This document shows, piece by piece, positions 12,400 through 26,030 of a DNA stretch of 64,000 bases. Within the stretch, counting starts at the first letter, position 1. Each line of letters starts with the position of its first letter. The position numbers and the translations under genes were made by a program. Source of the DNA: Euglena gracilis (Eukaryota); NCBI GenBank assembly GCA_039621445.1, contig CP154954.1, positions 38,053,703 to 38,117,702 of the forward strand. Direction: 5' to 3'. The notes below the pieces were generated by a model. The model searched no databases. It saw only the letters and a program-made list of their open reading frames with translations, and had not been told where the DNA came from.

Positions 12400-13325
12400 A
12401 CCCATCCACACAAGCGGCGAACCCGGGAGACGGCCGTCATCCAAGTACCATCCCTGCCGTTCGACGTTTGCAGACAGCTCTTCCAGGACATCTTGCAGTC
12501 CCCAGGCCAACAGAGCTGGGCCACACGGGTCTCCGTGTTGGGCGACTCTGGCCGAAGTGAGCATTTTCTTGCCACAAAACAGATGGGAATGTTGGCTGTA
12601 GCAAGTCTCGACCCATGACATCGCAGCAGGACGTCTCGGACGGACACTGTCTAATGCGGAACTGCGGAGGAGGCTGTTGAACGCGTTGCTTAGGTCTATT
12701 TTTAAAAGGCCCCGTCGATCCTCATTCTTGCGGAAGAGGTCATCAGTCATCTGATGCACGCCAGTTGCGGTGAGGCTACCCATACTCCGCTTTGCATAGG
12801 ACTGAGGTCTTTGAGGGTCTGCGTGATGGCTTGGAGGTGCATGAATACCTTGGCTACAAGGCGTCCGAGGCACTCCTCGGCGGCGATTGGTCAGGTTCCC
12901 CCCGGGTGCATTCACACATGGCGGAGCAACCTTGTCACCTTTTTTTTGAACTGGACAGCGTGCCGACGCTGGTCCACGTCCCCTGTGGTGCCGTTGTGCG
13001 AGTCACGTGCACCTACATCACCCTCCTCCGCAACTTAAATGCAAGTGCTGACTGGGGTCCCTGCATCATCTTTAGGCATTTCAAACGGCAGAGCTTTGCC
13101 CACTAAAGCGCGGTGGGAAAGACCATAGGGCACAGGTTGGCCGCAAGGTCGCTGAGCGCGCCAGGTTGTACCTTCAACGGCCCGTCATTGAAAGTTGGGA
13201 GGAGATTGCGTTGCCTGGCGTACCGCCACCAGCCCTGAGAACTAGGTCCGCGGCTGCAAGGGAACAAGCTTCGGACACCGAGCGAGTGGAGAATTGTGTC
13301 AGCACTCTCGTGGGACATGGGGCAA
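12400..13325 (-). pseudogene. Degenerate CRE-type RT fragment
   Basis: LLKIDLSNAFNSL, QHGDPCGPALLAWG, WYLDDG. Confidence 0.85.
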
Positions 13326-13329
13326 TCAG

Positions 13330-14845
13330 TATACGTCTGGTCTTCAATTCATGTTTCCAAAAAGCCTTCGCTTTCGCCTTGTCGCACCTATTTGGAAACT
13401 GAAAATCAGAGTAACAGTGAAAACTCTTTTCCTACTTCCCAAGAACAAAGCACGGAGCAATGCAGGAAGGACGGGGTAGATTTCCAAGTCCGGTCCGGAG
13501 AAAAGGAAAGACAAAACAGAATAAAGAATACCACCTATGGAGAGAGAAGGGGCACCCATTAGGAAATCGTAATAGGGTCTGCTTCCATCCTAACTTCCTC
13601 AACGGAAGTGAACAGAAGCATACGTCTGGTACATATGCCCTCCCAGGGCTATGCCCGATTTCCCCTTTGGACCAGGCAGTCTGGCCACAGGGATTTCAGA
13701 CACAGACCTTGTCTGTGGGAGGTGCAACCTTGCCCATCCACTGGGGCCCTTTCCGTCGCACAGGGGACTACTCAGGGAGGGGGCAGAAAGGAGGAAGACC
13801 AAAAATCCCAAAACGCGCAAAATGGTTTCACCTACTTTGCTGGGGCTTATTGTTGTATAGTATATTATAGCCCAATGGGGAAAGCGGGGCTGGCAGGTTT
13901 CCTTGCCACGCAAACCCCCCACCCAGGTTAGGTGTGGCCAAGGCACGTGGGGTTGGTTCGATGGGCATTCCAGGAAAACCCGGGAGGGTGTGGAATGAGT
14001 GTGCCCCTAACAAGTCAAACCTGGGTACGTCTGATTCCCAATTCCCCTTCACCAAAAGCCTTCGCTTTCGCCTTGTTGCACCTACTTGGGGACTGAAAAT
14101 CAGAGTAACAGTGAAAACCCTTTTCCCACTTCCCAAGAAGCAAAGCACGGAGCAATGTGGGGAGGACGGACTGGAAATCCAAGTCCGGTCCAAGGAAAAG
14201 GAGGGAAAAGGTATAAGAAGAATACCACCTGTAGAGAGAGAAGGGGCAACCATCAGGAGATCCTAATAGGATCTGCTTCCATCCTAACTTCCTCAACGGA
14301 AGGGGACAGAAGCATACGCCTGGTACACATCTCCCTCCCAGGGCTATGCCCGATTTCCCTTTGGACCAGGCATTCTGGCCACAGGGATTTCGGACACAGA
14401 CCTGGACTGTTGGAGGTGCACCCTGGCGCATACACAGGGGCCCTTTCCGTCGCACAGGGGTCCACTCAAAAGGGGCGGGGGGAAAGGGTGACCCAAAAGC
14501 CCAAAACGCGCAAAATGGTTTCATTTATTCTGCGGTGGCTTATGGGTGTATAGTATATTATAGCCCACTGGTGAAAATGGGGCTGGCAGGTTTCCTTGCC
14601 AGGCAAACCCATCCACCCAGTTTGGGTGTGCCAAAGGCACTTGGGGTTGGGTCCATGGGCATTCCAGGAAAACCCATGGGGAGGGTGTGGAAGGAGGGGG
14701 CCGCTGACCAGTCAAATTTGGGCAGGGCGCATGGCCAGTCAAATCTGACCACGCAACAGGAAAGTCCTACTCTACAAAACCAACTGCCGGCGACTGCATT
14801 TGCCCCGGGGGGTATAAACGCGAAACATTCACATAAAACACACAC
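13330..14845 (-). repeat. Probable 3' LTR region of the chromovirus, containing a ~690-bp tandem duplication
   Basis: Directly follows the chromodomain stop. aaaagccttcgctttcgccttg occurs at ~13361 and ~14054. Shares motifs with the LTR at 32288-33212 (cccaaaacgcgcaaaa, acaaaaccaactgccggcgac). Confidence 0.6.
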
Positions 14846-14866
14846 ATTCTCCAAAACGAAATCGTT

Positions 14867-15105
14867 TCAGAAAGTGTTTATGTTTATGTCTATGTTATTG
14901 CGGTTGTTCCACAGCTTCCAATCCTGATGGATATATCCAACAAAACTGGATGCTGGCTCCCAAGTGTCCTTCTCTGGCCCATACCATTTCCAGCGAACTT
15001 TCCAGTAGTGCACACCCCTGTCGACCTTGTGGTCTATTGTCTTATCGACCACAAAGTCGTCCGTTTCAGGTAATCTGGAACGGGGCTTGAAATATAGGCA
15101 GGGGA
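14867..15105 (-). pseudogene. Integrase C-terminal chromodomain of the Ty3/Gypsy pol (continuation of 26963-29640)
   Basis: VVDKTIDHK...HYWKVRWKWYGPEKDTWEP. It rejoins ..LDGKAIP|CLYFKP.. in frame once 15106-26962 and one TSD copy are removed. Confidence 0.85.
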
Positions 15106-18100
15106 TGTTAACGCGAGAGGCCCACCCCGCGTCCGCCCCCCCGGGGGGGAACCCGGGACTGACCTCCGGCGGCGTAGGATCTTTATTTCCCGCCTCAGTT
15201 TCAGGGGATCCAACCCAAACTGGAATCCCTTCAGGATCTTCTTGGGGTTCCCTTTGGGCAAAACCGGGGTGGGCTCAGGTCCCTGATTCCTACCCAACCC
15301 CATTGTCATGTCCAGGGGGGGGGAGGAAATTCCCCGCCCTCTGGATTCCTTCCCGACCCCACACCCCCGACACTCCCGGATCAAACATTTCCAGACTGTT
15401 TCTGGATAATTTCAAGGTCTGTGTTGGAAAAACAAAACCCAAACAAACAGGCAAAACAACCTGACTTCGCAACCAACAAAACAAAGGAGTTGGAGGTTCA
15501 CGAGTGACCGTTCAGCCAATGAATGTTACCACAGCTTCAACTTCTGACAATGTCTTTGATTGAATTCCTTGACTTCTTTCAATGATGTTTCATAGTCCAA
15601 GAATCTTGACAACTTGCATGTTTGAGAAACTTGGAAAACTGGGAAACCCACTGTGGAAAGTGGAACATGAAAACAAATGTGCAGAACGCGGGCAACTCAA
15701 TGAGAATATGCGCAATACCAATTCCCACCTCCCAAAACTGCCCACTGCCCTTTTCACACTTATGCATGTGCTGGCTGGGTTATTGGAAGGTTACTGATTA
15801 GGAATGACCACAGATTAGGATAGGAGCCTATGCCAAGGCACTCCCTACCTTTGGCGTCATTCTTCTCTCTTCCTTCTCTCTTCCTGCGCCCTGTCCGCCA
15901 GGTCCCACACTCTGTAAAATGAATCTGGCCATTATTCCGTATGTGAGAACCCAACTTTCATCCTGGAAGAATAATCCAAAGTGGAAAGATATTTCTCCCC
16001 TGTCATTACAGATCACAGGCCAGTTTTACCAACCACAGGATCACACACTGGCTCGCACAAGCTTGCAAACAAACGGTCATTCACCTTTCGGGAGGCGCAG
16101 GGGCTATGTGCGGTCATAGCGACTCCTCGCACACACACCCCCCTTTTCAGCGCTCAGACAGACCTTGAATCACCCCCCCGTGGGGATGCCCAGAGGCACA
16201 TTTTTTCCGCCTCGGCAGGAGGCACCCAAGGACCTGCCCTTCTCCTCACTCTTCACATTGTTCGCTGGCTGAGTGGACTTACCACGGGAAGACTCACCCC
16301 CCCTTCAGCGGAGTGGGTGTTCTTCCCGCAGGTTTCCCGGACCCCCCAACACCCCCCTACTCAAAAAGTTTCTCCCAGAAACTTCTACACTCAACCGACC
16401 GTTGGGAGGCGGAGACCGGAAACCTGCCCCACTCCACCAAAAAAGAAACCTGATGTTGGCCCGCAGCACCGACACCTTCACCTGGACGCTTCCTGGACGT
16501 CCCCCCTCCACTGCTGGGAGGGAAGGCTCCACTTGAAGGCGATCCCCCCGCTGGGAAAGCCTGGTCATCGGGGGCTGCCCCCCCCCTGGGAGGCCTTGAT
16601 GGACCTCAGAGAGGGCCCACATTCTCCACCGCCAGGAAGGCACCGTTCTCATCAAATTTCCACCCCCCTGGGAGGGCTCAACATGCCAACGGCATCCCTC
16701 GCTGGGAAAGCCTGGTTATTCGAGGACCCACCCCCTGGGAAGGTTTGCCGGGTGCCTCCGTTCACGTTCACCACACCATTCCGCTCACAGGGTGGGGCTT
16801 TCACAGGTGAACCCGAAACCTGCCGGTAGGGTTTTCACCCACAGCCCTGCTTCCGGCATGGTTCCCCCCCCATCGTCCTCCGGGGTTTCTGACTCCGTTG
16901 GCCATTGGGTCAGGCAGGGGGTGCTCTCGGGACCCCCTCACCAGGAAGGTTCGCCGGATGCCTCCCTCCAGGGAGGCGATCACGTTCACCACACCATTCT
17001 GGTCACAGGGTGGGGTTTTCACAGGTGAACCCGAAACCTGCGGTTAGGGTTTTCACACACAGCCCTGCTTCCCGCATGGCCCCCCCCCCCATCGTCCTCC
17101 GGGGGTTCTGATTCCGTTGGCCACTGGGTCGGGCAGGGGGTGCTCTCGGGACCCCCTCTCCCAGGAAGGTTTCTTTATTCCTTGCGTGCTTCGGTTCTGA
17201 ATCCGAGTCTCCACCGAATTTGAGCACATCACAGATCCCAACTCCGGAAAAACTGTAAAACTGAAGGACTGGAGGGGTCGCACCCTTTTCACTCCGACCT
17301 GCTTCAGCAGGCGGGGTGGGGACTCCCTATTCACCAGCCCCAGTCTTGGCACCCTTTGAAGTCCGGCCCTCACCTTTTCTGCATCCTGAGCTCAGCAGGG
17401 TCCCCTCCTCCAGGGGAATAAGGACTTCATGTTTGAACCGAACTTCAAATCAAACTTTTACACGTCACCCAACACAAGATCCCCAAATGGGCACAACATA
17501 CAATCCAACTCGGAAGAGCTGCAGAACCAACCACACAAGAATGCCCCATCGACAATCTTCGATGCCCACCCCAGGTCCATGGTTGCACGCCAACCTTGCT
17601 CCAGGATGGGTGAACTCCCTCCCCAGAAGTTCACAACCACCAAATGCTGTTTCTCAAGCTGCACCACCTGGGGTTGTCAAGGTCACAGCCACCCCAGGCC
17701 CTTTCCTCGGTTGGTGTCCCCCCCCGGGAGGACTGACCACCGGAAGACCCCCCCCACTAGGAGGACTCCCTGAAAACAGTTGCCTCCCCCCCAGAGGCCC
17801 CTTTCATCGGTTGGTGTCCCCCCCCCCCGTGGGAGGACTCGCCAAAAAAACGGGTCTCCCTGCTGGGAAGACTTCATGTAAGCCAAGTGTCTCCCCCCTG
17901 GGGGACTCAACACAAGCTGGATGCTCCCCCCGCTGGGCGAGCTTTCTTCAACTTTCACAGATTCTTCACCGGGCATGGACAAAGCAAACAAAATGACGGA
18001 CAACACCTCTCAACTCCTCACCTGGAGTCGAGACTGCACAACACTTGCCCCCACAGGGCTGCGACCCCCCTACTCAGGCCTTTGCAGGGCCCCCCCCCTC

Positions 18101-19539
18101 TCTGGTGCTGGCTTTTTCCTTTTTGGGCGAGTACACAATCCTGCCCTCTCATTTTGACAATCACCCTCCTTGATGCACTCTGATCTCCCTGTCAGCTGAA
18201 CTGGGCTGTTAAGGGATCCCGAAACGTGGCAGACCCCAAACATATCTGCAAAAGTCCCAAGGGACGTGCCCAAAATTGGCTGTGCGTGGGGGGTTCTGGC
18301 TCCCAAATCAACGATTTTCAGCCTCGTGCGAAAATCTTCATTCCCCCCATCAAACACTGGACTCAGAGTCACTGATGGCAGAAAAATCGACTCTCCCCCC
18401 CATTCCCACGGGAACTCCTGGGCACCCAACGGTGGTGGGGGAGGATGTGCCGTCGGCAAATCCCCTTGCGGACCCCCCATGATCTGGATATGGGGAATCA
18501 ACACTGCTGTCCGAGCGTCTGCTACATGCGTGACACATTTTATGCCCGACTCTGCCCAAGACCTGTCCCACCCAGGGGAATCTTGTAAGTTTCCCGAACC
18601 CCCGGTGGGCATGCTGGGCTGGGCTATCAAACTCGCGGTGGGTTTGGGCAAAGCTGAAACCAATGGAATGGGGGGCTGGGGTTCGGCCTCAACCCCCACT
18701 AAATCCTCCCCCCCTCCCTGCTGCCTTCGCCCCGATTCCTATCACAGGAAATCGTCCTGTGACGGCAGGACATTCACTGGATGGAAGATTGAAATTCTGC
18801 TGGCTGCCCCACTGGACTAGCTCTTGAACTGTCGGTTCTGGCCGAGCCGTCGGTTCTGGCTGGGCTGGCCCCCCTGCAGCTTGCTGGGGCTGAGTTGGCA
18901 AGGGCTGGGCTGCCCCCTGCCCACTCGACACGTGACACATGTCTTGTGAACTCGCAGAAGGGGTGGCTGGGGAAAAAAGACCAGGTGGACTGTGACTCGG
19001 AAGTTGCTCACCCAATTCCATCAGAGAATGCATGCGATCCGAACAAGACCGCAACATTTCAGATTATGCCAACCTCTTTTTCTTGCAATTTTCAGCCTCC
19101 GCACGAAATGTTTCCACCCTTTCAGAAGCCAGACGCATTCTGTTGGCCCAGCCAGCAGGACTGACGTCTGTGCCTGCCGTCCCTGCCGACATTGCAAACC
19201 CTGCCTGAAATTGCAATTCTGATTCTGGCTCCACGACTGGACTTGAAGCTTGTTCACCGGCTGACCGCACTGACTCTGGGGCAACTGATTGGGGAGAGGC
19301 CGGACTATGATTATTTGAACATGCACTTCCCAGTTGAAATTGCTTCTCTGAAACTGGCCCATGGACCCTCCCCAACTCTGCCAATCCCAGACCATTTTCA
19401 CCAAAACAATGCTGGCTGGTCGGCTGAGCTGTCTTTTGTGTAACTGACTGGAGCTGGTCTAGCTTGTCGACAGTCGGCTGTGGCTGAGCTGAGCTGTCGA
19501 CCACTGACTGCTGCTGGGCTGGCCCCACGACAATTGGCC

Positions 19540-20170
19540 GGTGCCGGGTTGGCGATTGCACGATGGGCTGGGTTGGCAATTGCATAATGGGCTGGGCTGG
19601 CTTTTGCATCATGGGCTGGGTTGGCCCCGTGATGGGCTGGCCTGTTTCTCGCATCATGGGATGGGCTGGCCCCATGATGGGCTTGGCTGGCTCTTGCATC
19701 ATTCACTGGGCTGGCCCATGCATAATTAGCTGGGACAGTGCAATTTCTGGGCTCCTCTGACCCAAAAACTGCTGGCCGGTTGACTGGGCCGGCTCCTGAA
19801 TGACGGGCTGGGCTGGCCCGTGCATGATTGGCTGGGGCACTGCAATTTCTGGGCTCCTCGGACCCAAAAACTGCTGGCCGGTTGACTGGGCCGGCTCCTG
19901 CATGATGGCCTGGGCTGGATCTTGCATGATTGGCTGGGCTGGCCCGTACATGACTGGCTGGGGCACTGCAATTTCTGGGCTCCTCTGACCCAAAAACTGC
20001 TGGCTGGTTGACTGGGCCGGCTCCTGCATGACGGGCTGGGCTGGACCGTGCATAATTGGCTGGGGCACTGCAATTTCTGGGCTCCTCTGACCCAAAAACT
20101 GCTGGCTGGTTGACTGGGCCGGCTCCTGCATGATGGGCTGGGCTGGCCCGTGCATGATTGGCTGGGGCTG
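19540..20170 (-). repeat. ~102-bp coding-like tandem repeat (PQPIMHGPAQPVMQEPAQSTGQQFLGQRSPEIAV) with 24-bp sub-repeats
   Basis: caatttctgggctcc at ~19741, 19843, 19969 and 20071. Confidence 0.85.
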
Positions 20171-21716
20171 GACTGACTCCTGCGCAGCTGGCTGAGCTAT
20201 CCCTTCTGCAGCTGGCTGGAGTTGGGCTGGCCCCCCGACTGCTGGCTAGGGTTGGGCTGCCCCCCCGACTGCTGGCTGGGGCTGGGCTGGCCCTGCGTTT
20301 GGCTGTGCAATTCCCAATTGAAATTGCAAACGGGCTGCAACTCCCAAGCTCTCGTGGGCAAAAACTAGCTGACTCATTTCTGCTGGCTGTGGCTGGCACT
20401 GAGCTGGCGTTGGGCTGGGCTGTGCAATTCCAATCATAAATTGCGACTCAGCCCCCCTAATTTCCAGACCCCCTGGGACTGAAAATTGTTGAACACCAGC
20501 GTCACACCTTGCCACTTCGTCGTCTTGCTTGCTGGGCTTCTGATCCCGTCGGCCTTCCTTGTTCAATTGATAATATTTCGGTCCTCGGCCAATTGGATTT
20601 GTGGCCTCCAGGCCAGGGCCTCGGCCCTCTAGGCCCTCTCGCAGCACCTGGGAATTCACAGATGATTCGGTGGGGGTGTCTTGAACCATTGATGGTGATG
20701 GGGCAAGGAAAAAGGAAATTTGTCTTTCTGGCAAAGGCAAAATTGACCCTTCCACAATTACCTCCAAAGGGATCATGTCAATTGGATAAATCCCTGCTGA
20801 AAACATGTCCACCAGGGACAAAATCACCGCATCAAACTGTGCAACCTTGTCCAAGGACACAATACTTGCACCAACATCTGTGACCATGTGAACGGACATG
20901 TTCAAGTCACAAACCTCTGCGACCATGTTAACGGACATGGTCGAATCACAAACCCCTGCTACCATGTTAACGCGGGACGCCCACCACGTGTCCGCCCCCG
21001 CGGGGGGGAACCCGGGGCTGACCTCCGGCGGCGTAGGATCTTTATTTCCCACCTCAGTTTCAGGGGATCCAACCCAAACTCGAATCCCTTCAGGATCTTC
21101 TTGGGGTTCCCTTTTTGGCAAAACCAGGGTAGGCTCAGGTCCCTGATTCCTACCCATCCCCATTGTCATGTCCAGGGGGGGGGGAGGAAATTCCCCGCCC
21201 TCTGGATTCCTTCCCGACCCCACACCCCCGACACTCCCGGATGAAACATTTCCAGACTGTTTCTGGATATTTCAAGGTCTGTGTTGGAAAAACAAAACCC
21301 AAACAAACAGGCAAAACAACCTGACTTCGCAACCAACAAAACAAAGGAGATGGAGGTTCACGAGTGACCGTTCAGCCAATGAATGTTACCGCAGTTTCAA
21401 CTTCTGACAATGTCTTTGATTGAATTCCTTGACTTCTTTCAATGATGTTTCATAGTCCAAGAATCTTGATAACTTGCATGTTTGAGAAACTTGGAAAACT
21501 GGGAAACCCACTGTGGAAAGTGGAACATGAAAACAAATGTGCAGAACGCGGGGAACTCAATGAGAATATGCGCAATACCAATTCCCACCTCCCAATACTG
21601 CCCACTGCCCTTTTCACACTTATGCATGTGCTGGCTGGGTTATTGGAAGGTTACTGATTAGGAATGGCCACAGATTAGGATAGGAGCCTATGCCAAGGCA
21701 CTCGCTACCTTTGGCG

Positions 21717-21742
21717 TCTTTCTTGGTGTCTATTTTTTTTCG
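21717..21742 (+). other. Spliced-leader exon copy (Euglena type)
   Basis: tctttcttggtgtctattttttttcg matches 23/26 nt of ACTTTCTGAGTGTCTATTTTTTTTCG. Confidence 0.8.
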
Positions 21743-21861
21743 ACATATCACATGGCCGAGAAGTGAAAGCCCCTGGAGGGGTTCAAGTTACAAGTATTGG
21801 GCAAGTTTGAAGTCCCTGGTGAAGTTCAAGTTCAAGTGAAGTACAAGACGTGGAGACCGAC

Positions 21862-24800
21862 ATGGGAGAAAAGACCAGAAGTCTCCCGGAGCAGGTCGAC
21901 AGATGTACAAGCTACCACTGGGGTACAAGTTTTACCCGCCAAGTACAAGTCAAGGCCAGTGGTGGTGAGAAGCTGCAGAAGCCCATCATGCTGTCCAGGG
22001 CTTCTCAGCCCTTGTGGCCTGCTGAGGCCTTTACAGTTTATCTGGTTTCCTTGGGCCTGAAAAGGCCCCCCCAGCCACTGGGCCTGAAAAGGCCCCCCCA
22101 GCCACTGGGCCTGAAAAGGCCCCCCCAACCACTGGGCCTGAAAAGGCCCCCCCCCCCTGCCACTGGGCCTGAAAAGGCCCCCCCTGCCACTGGGCCTGAA
22201 AAGGCCCCCTCAAACATTTGTTGTCTGTTTCCATTTGTCGCCTGGGACACATTTACATTCTTCTTCTTTTTGTGTGCACTTGCTCACCTGACAAGGGAAA
22301 AACTTCTGCACTCATTTCAAGTTGCAGCATCCACACCCCCACCCACCAACCCACCAAGCACCCAAAACCCCCATGGTCACAAGCTGGTTCTGCTGACATG
22401 GAGCCCCAAAACTGTCAGATACTGTTCCCTTGTTCCCCAAAAACCCACTCTGCAGTTTTGGGAACCAAAAAGTGCTCTGCAAACCCCTGGAGATTCCATT
22501 TTGCTCAAAACTGCCAGGCCCAATTTGCTGAAAGCCACCCAAGCGACACAGAAAGTCAAAGCCTCTGTTTCCCCAAAAGCTGCCAGACACACTTTCCTCC
22601 ACGCAACCGGAATAACCCCAGAGCCCCAACCGCCCATTTCCTGCAGACCCCCGGAACTGGAGTTTCAAAGGAAAAGGGATAGCTGGCCCAAACGCATGCC
22701 CACCAAGAAGCGGCAAAACCCCAGCACTTGCACCGGTCACCACAGTCGCTTGGGGCGCGGGGAAGGAATTTTGTCCTGTGGTGACATTCAGCCAAACCCA
22801 GGCCCCGCAGTTCCCCCACAGACTGAAATTGACTTCAGCGAGGATCCAGCGAGGGCTGTCGGCTTCTTGATGGCAACTGCCTCGGTCCCACCCACCCTTG
22901 CCCCACTCTTGGAAACCTCTTCGCAAGGTGGCCGGAATCTACAACAGCTCCTTCTGGACCTCATTGGGGGTGACCCAGCTCAGAGCGAACAGCCTTTGAA
23001 CCCTGCCTCGGCCCCATTGCCACACAGCGTCGCAATGAACATTGATGCCGCATCCCACCCCCTCTCATCACCATGCCCTGACCTTCATCCAACTTGGGAA
23101 GAAATCGCCCACGATCTTCGTGGGTCAATCAGCCTTATCCCTCGCGGGGCCATCCAAGCAGTGGCCGAGGTCTATTGCACACTCTTGCGCCGCCTGAACG
23201 AACAAAGCACCTGGGAAGCCATGCACGCCCTTTGGTGCTTCCCAAAGGCAGTGTTGGCACCCTTTGGCCGTGGTGGGCGCGGTCACTGGGCACGTCTTGG
23301 CCACATCCTGCAGGCTCGAGCACGACAATACCTAAGCCGCCCGACGCTGGAGAGTTGGGAGGACACTTCCCCTCCAGTGGAAGAAACTAACGCACGAAAG
23401 AGACCACGTACTAGACTGGCTGCCCCGAAAGAGGAAGAAGTAACAAAAGAGGATTTTGTCTCCAGACTAGAACGACTGGTCGGCAGGGGTGCTGTATCCA
23501 AAGCGTGCAACCTGTTGACTTCCGATGGTGTTCAAAATCCCGACAACCACTTGGTACGTGAACGCCTCCGGCAATTACATCCACATGAACCGCCTCCTGG
23601 ACTTGGCCCAACGACCATGAGACGTTGGCTACCAGCTGCCACTCTTGAGGAAGACATGCAACAACGCCGGACAATAGTGCGAAAGGCAGTCTTCAGCTTT
23701 GGCCCAGAATCCTCACCAGGCCCCTCTGGCTTGAGGCCCGACCACCTTCGGTGTTTGATGGGGCATGATGCAGGTTGCCATGCAGATGACCTTTTGGACG
23801 AACTCACAACCTTCTGTTATCGCACCATTGACAGTGGTTTGCCAAAAGGACCTGCCGCAATCATGGCAGCAGCCAGACTGACAGCCTTGCGAAAAGTGAA
23901 AGCAGCCGAAAACACCGATGATTTCGGCAACCAATGCCCACCTGCTCCAGAAGAAGAGGGAACCAGGCCCATATCAGCGGGCGAATGCCTACGTCGGCTG
24001 GTAGGAAAAGTGATCATGAGACAGGAAGTGGTGAGAACAGCAGTTCGCAACAATCTGCCTGGACAATTTGGCGTTGGCCATTCTGATCCCTGTTCCATTG
24101 TCGCCATTGGGCTTCAGCAGCTTGTCGGCTGTCTCCATCACACAGGTGCTCAGGATTGGGGTGTGTTGCAATTAGACTTTGCAAATGCCTTCAACTGCCT
24201 GCGCCGTGAGGGTATGCTGGACGCTGTTCGAGAACGTTGCCCTGAGATGACAGCATGGATGGAGAGCTGCTACAGTGAGCATTCCACTTTGTACTGTGGG
24301 TTAACCTCCTTCCGCAGCAAAAGTGGTGTGCAACAAGGTGATCCATGTGGTCCTGCGGCGTTCGCAATTGCTGTTCAAAATCTGGTTGAAAAAGTGGGTG
24401 AGCTGGTCGGATGGCAAGCATGGTACCTGGACGATGCCCATCTCGTGGGTACCCCAGCACAACTGGAAACAGCAGTCCGATACATTCTGCGTGAAGGACC
24501 CCTCATTGGGGTTTCCCTGAATATATCCAAGTGTCGGTTGTGGGGACCTGCCTTTGGAATGGAATGGTCCAGCCTCCCAACCAACACAACCCCGCTCCAA
24601 CAAATTCCGGTGCAGGAATATTCTGAAGCAAGTGGCCTCAAGGTCCTTGGACTGCCAGTCTGCCACCTAGCAGGGGGGGCGTTCGCCTCCACTGTTTGGG
24701 CTCCACGAGTCGAAATGGTTCTGAAGGCATGCAATCTCCTACAGCTTGTGCCAAGTGCCCATGTCCAGTACACCCTTTTGCGTCAATGTTTGGATGCATG

Positions 24801-26030
24801 TTGCATCAATGGCCTATTGAGGGGAACTCCACTGCCGCTTGCTGGGGACCAATGCTTATTGCTGAGCCACTGTTTACGAAACACGCTGAGTTGCATCATG
24901 ACAGCACCAGTTGATGACAACCAGTGGTCACAGGCCACCTTGCCACCCGTTTGGGGGGACTAGGAATTAAGGATCCGCAGGAATGCCGACTCGCTGCACG
25001 GTGGTCAGCACAATTGGACTTCCTCCAAAGGGCTGAAACGTTGTTGGGATTTCCGGACTTCGTAATCCGCAATATGAAACCACCAGATTTTGACTCCGCA
25101 CTGACATTGCTGAAGATCTTTGGAGTTGAAGGTCAACCCCTGCAGGCCTTAACAGATGACTCCACCCGTGCAACCCAACTACCACGAGAAATGGTGTCAC
25201 AGAAACACTGGGGGAACATCTGCTCAACGCTGCACCAAAAGAAACTGCAAAAGTCCCTGTCCGGATCCGATGCCATTCGATTTTCCTGCCAAACAAGGCC
25301 TCGTGCCATGGCCTGGACGTGTGCAGTCCCCTCTGCTGGCACAAAAACCCTTGTTCCCACGAAAGAATTTGTTGCCCTCCCCCAATGGACGCTTGGCGCT
25401 CCTGTGGTAAAAACAGAAGAGAGCCACTCTCCCGGATGTCCACGATGCATGAGCCCACTTGACACAGCCAGCCACCACCTCGTCTGCTGCCACCGTAACA
25501 ACCTCGTTCGGCGGCACGGGGCAGTGCAAAGCTTTGTCCTGAACCTGGCACAGCGAGCTGGCTTTCCTGCACGTCGAGAAGAAAAAGCTGAGGACGGAAC
25601 TCGACCGGGTGATGTTTTCATCACTCGATTTGACGCAAATGGACCCGCAGCCATTGATGTCACAGTTAGACACCCACTAGCACCCTCCAGGTCACCTCCA
25701 ACTCAGGTGGAAAATTGGCACATTCGACAGGAAGAAGACAAAATCGCCAAGTATGGGGACCCTTGCAAGCGACGAGGCTGGAAATTTATCCCACTGGTGA
25801 TGGACTGCTACGGTGGCATGAGTGAAGCAGGCAAAAGATTCGTCTCCACATGCATCCGCCACCAAACAAGCCAACATAACGGCTGGGAGAGGCGGGGTGT
25901 GGAGGCCAGTGCATGGCAGGGACTTGGAATGGCTTTGATGCGCGAGCTGGCAAGACAACTGGCATGGGGACAGTGCCCTGAGCAACTACTTGATTGCAAT
26001 AGCGGTGGTACGCATTACCCGTACTTTTGA
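21862..26030 (+). CDS. RT + CCHC finger + restriction-like endonuclease polyprotein, one frameshift near 24945
   Basis: QLDFANAFN, GVQQGDPCGP, WYLDD; CPRC..HLVCC; RPGDVF..IDV..EEDKIAKY; 2A-like GILSCGDIQPNPGP at 22753-22806. Confidence 0.9.
22053..22207 (+). repeat. Six tandem GGGCCT-GAAA-AGGCCC hairpins (~27-nt period)
   Basis: Directly visible in the sequence. Confidence 0.9.

Noticed and set aside
14781-14792. ACTGCCGGCGAC resembling a 16S rRNA segment
   Set aside because: Only a short match with no flanking rRNA similarity. It is part of an LTR motif also present at ~33139.
21752-21810. UGA readthrough from the uORF into the RT ORF
   Set aside because: The uORF is out of frame with the RT ORF in copy 1 and meets another stop shortly after in copies 2 and 3.
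21717-21850. HDV-like or hammerhead ribozyme at the element 5' end
   Set aside because: I could not build the nested pseudoknot or a CUGANGA/GAAA core by eye. A descriptor search would be needed to exclude it.
22053-22207. Lambda boxB or synthetic tether array, and T2A as vector contamination
   Set aside because: The hairpins differ from boxB, and the 2A motifs are diverged among copies and embedded in native TSD-bounded elements.
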